Origin: an uncultured bacterium
GTDB taxonomy: Bacteria; Hydrothermota; UBA3073; NMUJ01
Length of the DNA stretch: 10,377 bases
Direction: 5' to 3'
Assembly (NCBI GenBank): GCA_965612795.1
Contig: CBFDTI010000045.1
Coordinates: forward strand, 1 to 10,377
The position numbers were made by a program, and so were the translations under genes. The notes under the pieces were generated by a model that saw only the letters and a list, made by a program, of their open reading frames with translations, did not search any database and was not told the origin of the DNA. Of the stretch, positions 1 through 8,774 are shown in pieces (the first letter of the stretch is position 1; each line of letters opens with the position of its first letter).

Positions 1-370
1 CATTGCCCACATAGATACCATGGGCATTTACATTGTTCACATATAGGGCATCACCCCATGAGTGGTTTGCCCATTTCCATGCATTACTCGCCACACTTGC
101 CGAATCAACATAACCGACATTTGCATTAAGTGCATAATCTGCCGTATCCGCATGGTTAGCCTGTGCTACTTCACCAACCACATTCGCACCGATAATATAA
201 CTTGCAGTATCCGCATATGATGCATTTTTTGCATTTTCAGCCCGTATTGCGTAACCCACTGATACTAGCTTCTTACGTGGTGAAAGCGGCTCGTTGCCTA
301 CCTGTAGCTCCAGCCATAGCGGTACACCTGTAAATATATCTGCTGGAATAGGATTTACGCTCTTTATGAG
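1..370 (-). pseudogene. 5'-truncated open frame (123 codons in window, runs off left edge) encoding part of a secreted/surface, tail-fibre-like protein
   Basis: Manual translation of the reverse complement 370->2 has no stop: LIKSVNPIPADIFTGVPLWLELQVGNEPLSPRKKLVSVGYAIRAENAKNASYADTASYIIGANVVGEVAQANHADTADYALNANVGYVDSASVASNAWKWANHSWGDALYVNNVNAHGIYVGN. The 'SVNPIP..IF....WLE.QVG.E.L.PR..L.SV.YA..A..A' pattern matches, from my recollection, the second half of an N-terminal domain common in secreted fibre-like proteins. An in-frame TAA lies at 373-371, there is no ATG in frame, and the first GTG is at 259-257. Confidence 0.6.
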
Positions 371-424
371 TTATTCCATCCATCATATAACGGGAGCGAT
401 ACACTTAAAATTGATCCTCTTATT

Positions 425-438
425 ACCGATATATCGGT
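425..438. repeat. Perfect 14-bp palindrome ACCGATATATCGGT in non-coding DNA
   Basis: Self-complementary sequence read directly, between the truncated leftward gene and the rnfG promoter. Function unknown. Confidence 0.45.
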
Positions 439-538
439 CATTGATGAACGTCGATAGAGATTCTCCGTGGGTATGGTTATATTCACCACAAATAGCAATG
501 GCGACACGTATCTCTTCAGCTCGTTCCTAAAATACCAC

Positions 539-566
539 TTGACTATACAAATTTCTATCGTAGTTT
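539..566 (+). promoter_or_regulatory. Putative sigma70-type promoter for rnfG-rnfE
   Basis: TTGACT (539-544), 16-bp spacer, TAGTTT (561-566), then 6 nt to ATG 573. No Shine-Dalgarno sequence. Confidence 0.5.
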
Positions 567-572
567 TGAACT

Positions 573-1100
573 ATGACACGTATGATACGTTCGCTGGTGT
601 TCATCTGCATAGTGGCAGCTGGTTTATTATCTTGGGTATATTCGTTTACTAAGGATAGGATCGAAGAAGATACGCGCCAGAAGGTACGTGCTAGCCTTGT
701 TGAACTACTGGGTGATACCACGCTTACGTTTAAACCCGTGATCCCTGACACATTATGGGAGTTCTATCGTGATACAACCAAACTCGGCATCATATTTCGT
801 AGTTATGGTAAAGGTTACGGTGGTCCCATACCAGTGTTGGTTGCATTATCTATGGATACAACTGTACTCGCTATAAGACCAGCAACACCAGCCGAGGGGC
901 TAAAAGAGACACCAGGGCTTGGTACAAAGATAACCGAGCCTGAGTTCACCGACCAGTTCAAAAACAAGAAGCCATCCCAAATCAAGCTTAAAAGAGATGG
1001 TGGTGAAATCGACGCTATAACGGGAGCTACAATTTCTTCACGTGGTGTTGTCGAAGCTATCCAGGTTGGTATTGCTAAATATCTGAAGTACTTGAAATGA
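573..1100 (+). CDS. rnfG: Rnf electron transport complex subunit G (FMN-binding)
   Basis: N-terminal membrane anchor, GYGGPI, ETPGLG, and the covalent-FMN motif DAITGATISS. Directly followed by rnfE. Confidence 0.92.
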   Translation: MTRMIRSLVFICIVAAGLLSWVYSFTKDRIEEDTRQKVRASLVELLGDTTLTFKPVIPDTLWEFYRDTTKLGIIFRSYGKGYGGPIPVLVALSMDTTVLAIRPATPAEGLKETPGLGTKITEPEFTDQFKNKKPSQIKLKRDGGEIDAITGATISSRGVVEAIQVGIAKYLKYLK

Positions 1101-1678
1101 AGAAGTACATCTGGGGCGGTATACTCAAAAATAATCCGGTGCTGGTCCTTATGATCGGCTTATGTCCCACAGTAGCTGTATCAACCACGGTACAGAACGC
1201 GCTCGGTATGGGGGCAGCCGTTCTGTTTGTGCTTACAATGTCGAATCTTACCATATCATTATTACGGCCTATGGTACCCGAGAGCATAAGGATACCTATC
1301 TTCATCATTGTTATATCCACATTCGTTACCATCACTGATTACGTGATGCATGCATATGCGCCTGCAATACACAAAAACTTAGGTATATTCGTGCCACTTA
1401 TTGTTGTCAACTGCATAATATTGGGACGTGCGGAGGCGTTCGCTTCGAGACATACACCACTACCTGCAATACTTGACGGTATAGGATCAGGCATAGGATT
1501 CACACTTGCAATACTGGGTATGGCTATCATTCGTGAGCTGCTCGGTAGTGGTAAACTTGCCGGTCATATAGTTTTAGGTACAAAATTTGCTGAAACTCCT
1601 ATACTTTTCTTCATTTTACCACCAGGTGCATTCCTCGCTATAGCTGTACTTATAGCGTTGACCAGGCTCCGAAAATAA
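1097..1678 (+). CDS. rnfE: Rnf electron transport complex subunit E (membrane)
   Basis: NNPVLVLMIGLCPTVAV, RIP.FI..I..FVT, PLIVVNCIILGRAEAFA and LPPGAF motifs; hydrophobic throughout. ATGA overlap with rnfG. Confidence 0.93.
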   Translation: MKKYIWGGILKNNPVLVLMIGLCPTVAVSTTVQNALGMGAAVLFVLTMSNLTISLLRPMVPESIRIPIFIIVISTFVTITDYVMHAYAPAIHKNLGIFVPLIVVNCIILGRAEAFASRHTPLPAILDGIGSGIGFTLAILGMAIIRELLGSGKLAGHIVLGTKFAETPILFFILPPGAFLAIAVLIALTRLRK

Positions 1679-1686
1679 CACATTCC

Positions 1687-3668
<1,982 letters not shown>

Positions 3669-3682
<14 letters not shown>

Positions 3683-5006
3683 GTTAGACTTAGATCACCT
3701 TACTCCACCACAGATTGTTAGTGAACTTTCACGCTATGTAATAGGGCAAGATGAAGCCAAAAAAGCAGTCGCTATCGCATTACGTAACAGATGGCGTCGC
3801 CAAAAGGTGGAAGATTCGATACGTGAGGAGATCGTACCCTATAACATTATCCTCATAGGACCTACGGGTGTAGGTAAGACTGAGATTGCGAGACGGTTAG
3901 CTAAACTTGCGGGTGCGCCGTTCATTAAGGTTGAAGCTACAAAATTTACCGAAGTTGGCTACGTAGGTAGGGATGTGGAGTCTATCATTCGCGAACTGAT
4001 GGACATAGCGGTTAACATGGTACGTAAGGAGATGATCGATGAAAATCTCAAAAAGGCTGAATCATTAGCCGAAGATAAACTACTAAATGCCATCATCCGG
4101 CGCTTACAGGAGGAGGGTAAAGAGGTGCCTTCAAAAGATACACTCAAGCAGATGCTACGTGAGGGAGTGTTTGATACTGAATACATTGAAATAGATACAA
4201 AAGTACCACCCTCTATCCCTATGGCAGAGATATTCATACCGGGGATGGGTCCGATGGAGCCACCTGATGAACTTATAAAAACATTGGGCCAGTTACTGCC
4301 ACCCGTGCAAAAGCGTAAAAAAATGCGCGTACCGGAGGCGTTCAGGATCATCGTACAAGAGGAAGCCGATAAGTTACTCGATAAGGAACGTATGATAGAA
4401 GAAGCCAAACGTAGGGTAGAGGAGACAGGAATTGTCTTCCTCGATGAAGTCGATAAAATAGTGGGCCGTGAGACCGTAGGGCCTGACGTATCACGTACAG
4501 GGGTGCAACGTGATTTGTTACCGCTTGTCGAAGGTACTACCGTGCCTACAAAATATGGACTCATAAAGACGGATCATATCCTTTTTATAGCAGCGGGTGC
4601 ATTCAGTGAGTCGAAACCCTCCGACCTGTTACCTGAATTTCAGGGCCGTTTCCCGATACGAGTGGAGTTACAACCTCTAACAGAGGAGGAATTCGCTCGT
4701 ATATTAGTAGAACCCGAAAACGCACTTACTAAACAGTACAAGGCGCTGTTCAAGACAGAAGGGGTGGATCTCGAATTCACCGACACTGCTATAGCACGTA
4801 TTGCATATTATGCAGCGTTGGTGAATCGCGAAACCGAGGACATAGGTGCACGTCGCCTGTATACCGTGATGTTTACATTGCTTAAGGATTATTTATATGA
4901 GATGCCACGTGAAAATATGAAAAAACTGGTAATCACTGAAGCTGAAGTTGATAAGAAACTAAAAGGGGTTGTTGAGAAGTTAGAACCTGCCCGCTACATA
5001 CTTTAA
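3669..5006 (+). CDS. hslU: ATP-dependent protease ATPase subunit HslU (ClpY)
   Basis: [16 protein letters not shown], Walker [13 protein letters not shown] pore loop, Walker [30 protein letters not shown]-terminal RYIL. Start moved from the track's 3627 to ATG 3669, which has GGAGGA at 3655-3660. Confidence 0.97.
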
Positions 5007-5440
5007 TGCTGCAGATCCCGGAATCTAACATAATACTCAATCTAAAAGGCATAGATAAAGCGAGTATCACTAAAGAATTGCTCGAAACTATGCACAACAT
5101 AGGTGATATCGAGGGTATATTGAAGGCGATTTTGGCACGCAACAAGATCATGTCACAAGCTCCAGGTAGGGGTGTTGCCATACTTCGATATTTAGGTACA
5201 CATGCCAAAACTACAAGCTTAGCCGTCGGTATAAAAAGGGAAGGTATCAACTTCGATGCGTTAGATGGTCACCCTGTATATATATTTTTTCTATTGGTAT
5301 CGAATGATAGATCTAGATATGTAGATATATTGGCGGGATTGTTGCGGCTTATACAACAACCGACGGTGAGACTTAATCTGTTACGGGCACGTTCAAAGAG
5401 CCAGATCAAAAAAATTCTTGAAACCCAACCTATACAATGA
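5006..5440 (+). CDS. PTS EIIA type-2 (PtsN/fructose-mannitol IIA fold) domain protein lacking the canonical phosphoacceptor His
   Basis: Size (144 aa) and motifs 'IL.R....S...G.GVAI..', 'EGINFDALDGHPVYIFFLLV' and 'R..LL.A.S...I..IL' fit EIIA-2. The canonical AIPH reads AILR. TAATG overlap with hslU. Confidence 0.8.
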   Translation: MLQIPESNIILNLKGIDKASITKELLETMHNIGDIEGILKAILARNKIMSQAPGRGVAILRYLGTHAKTTSLAVGIKREGINFDALDGHPVYIFFLLVSNDRSRYVDILAGLLRLIQQPTVRLNLLRARSKSQIKKILETQPIQ

Positions 5441-6402
5441 AAGGCATAGGGTTGTTTTCGGGCGGCCTCGACAGTCAGCTAGCTGCCAAGCTTATAATGG
5501 TACAGAAAATAGATGTGCTACTTGTACACTTTACGCACGTATTTTTGACGCAGAAATTGGACGATGTTAAACATTATGCGGCGAATCTAGGTGCACCTCT
5601 TGAGGTGATAGATGTAAGTGAGGATATAGTTGAAATCGTTAGACAACCGAGCCACGGTTATGGTGATACAATGAACCCCTGCATCGACTGTCGTATAATG
5701 ACGTTAGTTAAAGCTAAACAGTTTATGGAAGATGAAGATGACTTTATATTTACGGGCGAGGTTGTGGGGCAACGTCCGATGACTCAAATGCGGCACATCA
5801 TGCGTTACATAGAACGGTGTGCTGGGTTGGAAAATAAGGTTGTACGACCGCTCTCACAGAAGCTACTGTGGGAGACTATACCCGAAAAGAAAGGTATACT
5901 CGACAGAAATCGCTTCCTTGCAATATCAGGACGTGGTCGCTATATGCAGGAAGAGTTGGCCAAGATATTCGGTATAAAAGAGTTTCCTGCACCTGCAGGT
6001 GGATGCCTGCTTACAGATCCTGGATTCTCACAGCGTATAAAAGATGCTATAGAGCATGACGAACTTTCTGTAAAAGATGTGACATTCCTGAAAATTGGTC
6101 GTCACTTCAGGCTACCGAGCGGTAGTAAATTGATATTGGGACGTAACCGTTCCGAAAATAGTAGACTCGAACAGTTAGCTGAGGAAAACGATGTATTGCT
6201 AAGGACACCTCTGAATAACACACCCATAGGGGTGTTACGGCATGGTAAGCTTGAAGATCTGCAACTCGCTATGCGGATATTGCTTCGCTATGCGAAAGGC
6301 GAGCGTCGCGTTATAGTGTGGGACAAAAAAGGTAATCGCAACTTCTTCGTAACTGAACCATTACAAGCGAGTGAAGTCGCTAAGTTTATGGTAAAATTAT
6401 AA
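5437..6402 (+). CDS. PP-loop ThiI/MnmA-like putative tRNA sulfurtransferase with C-terminal NFACT-R (DUF814-like) domain
   Basis: PP-loop SGGLDS (from 5458), NPCIDC (C82/C85), TGEVVGQRPM.Q, PAGGCLLTD (C190), GRHFR and GRN..EN. No N-terminal THUMP domain. Confidence 0.8.
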   Translation: MKGIGLFSGGLDSQLAAKLIMVQKIDVLLVHFTHVFLTQKLDDVKHYAANLGAPLEVIDVSEDIVEIVRQPSHGYGDTMNPCIDCRIMTLVKAKQFMEDEDDFIFTGEVVGQRPMTQMRHIMRYIERCAGLENKVVRPLSQKLLWETIPEKKGILDRNRFLAISGRGRYMQEELAKIFGIKEFPAPAGGCLLTDPGFSQRIKDAIEHDELSVKDVTFLKIGRHFRLPSGSKLILGRNRSENSRLEQLAEENDVLLRTPLNNTPIGVLRHGKLEDLQLAMRILLRYAKGERRVIVWDKKGNRNFFVTEPLQASEVAKFMVKL

Positions 6403-6424
6403 GCTTGTGGTCGATAAGTACCTG

Positions 6425-6452
6425 TTGACGAACCCCAAAACCTAAGTATTTT
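6425..6452 (+). promoter_or_regulatory. Putative promoter for the trxB unit
   Basis: TTGACG (6425-6430), 16-bp spacer, TATTTT (6447-6452), then 8 nt to ATG 6461. No Shine-Dalgarno sequence. Confidence 0.5.
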
Positions 6453-6460
6453 AATTCTCT

Positions 6461-7390
6461 ATGGAAAAGGTCGATCTTATTATAGTGGGAGCAGGTCCAG
6501 CAGGTTTAACAGCTGGTATCTATGCAGGGAGGGCGAAATTAGACACTTTGATGCTCGAAAAACACACAGTCGGCGGGTTAGTTGCAACTACGGATAGGAT
6601 CGAAAATTACCCAGGCTTTCCGGGGGGTATCTCAGGGGTCGAACTCGTGGAACGACTAAAAACTCAAGTCGAATCATTAGGTGTAAGAATCATACCATCT
6701 ACGGAGGTGATAGAATTTGATGTAGAAGAGGGGTTCAAAAAATTCATCACCACCGATAAGACTTATTTAAGTAAAGCAGCTATAATTGCAACTGGCTGCG
6801 AACCTATCAAATTGAATGTACCAGGAGAAGCCACCCTACGTGGGCGTGGCGTTTCATATTGTGCCATATGTGATGGACCATTCTTTAAAGGTAAAGATGT
6901 TATCGTGGTAGGTGCTGGCAGTTCGGGCTTACAGGAGAGTTTATATCTTGCAAAATTTGTCAACAAGGTCACCATTATAGAGATTTTACCGCAACCCACC
7001 GGCGAGAAAATCCTGCAGGATAGGATTAAACATGTATCAAATATTGAATTGCTCACAAATCATAAGGTTATCGCTATAGAGGGTGACACTAAAGTGGAAG
7101 CCGTACGTGTATTAAATATGGTCGATAACACTGAGTACATTATCAAAGCGGATGCGGTTTTTGTGTATATGGGGTTAAAGCCAATAACTGAGTTCCTACG
7201 TGGTAAGGTGAAACTGGACTCTGAAGGGTATGTAATGACGGACGAAAATTTACAGACTTCTGTACCGGGGGTATTTGGTGCCGGTGATGTACGTCGTAAG
7301 GTATTACGTCAAATAGCTACTGCAGTAGGTGATGGTGCACTTGCCGCGTATATGGCGCAACAGTATATTGAAAAACATGGAACCTATTGA
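6461..7390 (+). CDS. trxB: Thioredoxin-disulfide reductase (low-Mr, FAD)
   Basis: GAGPAG FAD motif, IENYPGF, GRGVSYCAICDG (CxxC at 6860-6871), TSVPGVFGAGD, RQIATAVGDG. Confidence 0.95.
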   Translation: MEKVDLIIVGAGPAGLTAGIYAGRAKLDTLMLEKHTVGGLVATTDRIENYPGFPGGISGVELVERLKTQVESLGVRIIPSTEVIEFDVEEGFKKFITTDKTYLSKAAIIATGCEPIKLNVPGEATLRGRGVSYCAICDGPFFKGKDVIVVGAGSSGLQESLYLAKFVNKVTIIEILPQPTGEKILQDRIKHVSNIELLTNHKVIAIEGDTKVEAVRVLNMVDNTEYIIKADAVFVYMGLKPITEFLRGKVKLDSEGYVMTDENLQTSVPGVFGAGDVRRKVLRQIATAVGDGALAAYMAQQYIEKHGTY

Positions 7391-7703
7391 AGTAAATAGC
7401 GAGAATTTTGAAGAGGAAGTTTTAAAATCTACACTCCCTGTGGTGGTAGATTTCTGGGCACCTTGGTGCCCACCGTGTAAGGTGATCGCTCCTATACTTG
7501 AGGAGCTAGCTAACGAATACGAAGGTAAGATAAAGTTCTGTAAACTGAACGCTGATAGAAATGAATCTATCATCCTTAAGTATGAAATAAGGAGTATCCC
7601 CACACTTATTGTGTTTGTAGCTGGTAAAGAGGTGGATCGCATTGTGGGTGCGTTACCTAAAGATAAACTTACGAGATGGCTCGACAAAATATTGGGGGAA
7701 TGA
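7377..7703 (+). CDS. trxA: Thioredoxin
   Basis: NFEEEVLKS..PVVVDFWAPWCPPC, SIPTL, G.EVDRIVG. ATG 7377 gives a canonical 108-aa protein; the track's 7329 start extends too far into trxB. Confidence 0.94.
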   Translation: MEPIEVNSENFEEEVLKSTLPVVVDFWAPWCPPCKVIAPILEELANEYEGKIKFCKLNADRNESIILKYEIRSIPTLIVFVAGKEVDRIVGALPKDKLTRWLDKILGE

Positions 7704-8188
7704 TGCGATGGCTAACTATATGCATTATGATGATAGGTGTAATAAACTGTAAGAATGAAGAAGCCAAAAAGGCACCAAACTTCACACTGGAGGATTTGCA
7801 AGGTAACAGGCATTCACTGATTGATTATGAAGATAAAATTGTTGTGTTGGATTTTTGGGCCACATGGTGCGCTCCATGTCGTGTAGAGATACCACATCTT
7901 AAGCGAATACAACATGAGTATGGTAAGAAAGGGGTTGTAGTCATAGGGGTAGCGGTATCCGATGAAAAAGATAGGGTACGCGATTTCGTACAACAGATGG
8001 ACATAAATTATCTCATTTTGATGGGCACTAATCGCGTAGCCCAAATTTATAAAATACAAGCTATACCTACAACTTATGTGTTAGGTAGGGGTAACCTCAT
8101 ACATAAGAAGTTTGTTGGCTTCTACCCGGGTATGGAGAATGCGCTAGTGAACATCTTAGATAGTCTTATAACCTTAAAACCCCAATAA
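7700..8188 (+). CDS. TlpA/ResA-family thiol-disulfide oxidoreductase, probable lipoprotein
   Basis: Signal-like MMRWLTICIMMIGVIN-C, AP.FTL.DL.G, DFWATWCAPC..EIP.L, IPTT. Start is ATG 7700 or 7703, overlapping the trxA stop. Confidence 0.88.
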   Translation: MMRWLTICIMMIGVINCKNEEAKKAPNFTLEDLQGNRHSLIDYEDKIVVLDFWATWCAPCRVEIPHLKRIQHEYGKKGVVVIGVAVSDEKDRVRDFVQQMDINYLILMGTNRVAQIYKIQAIPTTYVLGRGNLIHKKFVGFYPGMENALVNILDSLITLKPQ

Positions 8189-8189
8189 T

Positions 8190-8774
8190 ATGGCGGGTAA
8201 GCTATACTCAGTAATGTTTACGGGAGTTGGTGGTCAGGGCGTACTAGTAGCTAGTGATATACTTGCAATAGCTGCAATGTATGCAGGTTATGATGTTAAG
8301 AAGAGTGAAGTCCACGGTATGGCACAACGTGGTGGTAGTGTCGAGAGTGGGGTAAGGTTTGGTAATAAAGTTTTCTCTCCTCTCATAGGTATGGGGGAGG
8401 CCGATTTCTTGGTAGCGTTTGAAAAGCTTGAAGCCTTACGTGCACTTAAATATTTACGTAAAGGGGGTACCTGTCTGATAAATGACTATGAGTGGATGCC
8501 ACTCTCAGTGCTTACGGGTGAATTTACATATCCCCATGATGTTCTAGATAAGGTCAAAAAGTATGCTGAAAAAGCTTATCTATTGCCGGGGTTGGAATTG
8601 GCAAAACGTGCCGGTAACACACGTACATTGAACGTGGTTATATTGGGTGTGTTGGCACGTTTCTTGCCACTACCTCAAGAGGCGTGGATGTACGCGCTTA
8701 ACAATCGTATCAAGAAAAACTACATAGATGTAAACAAAAAGGCATTCGAGCTAGGTAATAAATTCACGTTATGA
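8190..8774 (+). CDS. iorB: Indolepyruvate:ferredoxin oxidoreductase beta subunit
   Basis: GVGGQG, KKSEVHGMAQRGGSV, SPLI..GEAD, E.LEALR, N.KAF.LG; 194 aa. Confidence 0.9.
   Translation: MAGKLYSVMFTGVGGQGVLVASDILAIAAMYAGYDVKKSEVHGMAQRGGSVESGVRFGNKVFSPLIGMGEADFLVAFEKLEALRALKYLRKGGTCLINDYEWMPLSVLTGEFTYPHDVLDKVKKYAEKAYLLPGLELAKRAGNTRTLNVVILGVLARFLPLPQEAWMYALNNRIKKNYIDVNKKAFELGNKFTL

Noticed and set aside
294..652. Short + strand ORFs 294..530 and 467..652 as a possible rnfD remnant or small genes
   Set aside because: No recognisable RnfD or other motifs, non-ATG starts, and overlap with better-supported frames.
386..1027. Exact 12-bp repeat TATAACGGGAGC at 386-397 and 1016-1027 (the rnfG ITGA codons)
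   Set aside because: A few 12-mer matches are expected by chance in 10 kb, and the similarity does not extend.
4491..4510. HslU VSRTGVQ rather than the common VSREGVQ
   Set aside because: A single substitution with Walker A/B, pore loop and C-terminal motifs intact; no basis for a functional claim.
3959..4564. 201-aa antisense ORF
   Set aside because: Ser-rich shadow of hslU, with no motifs.
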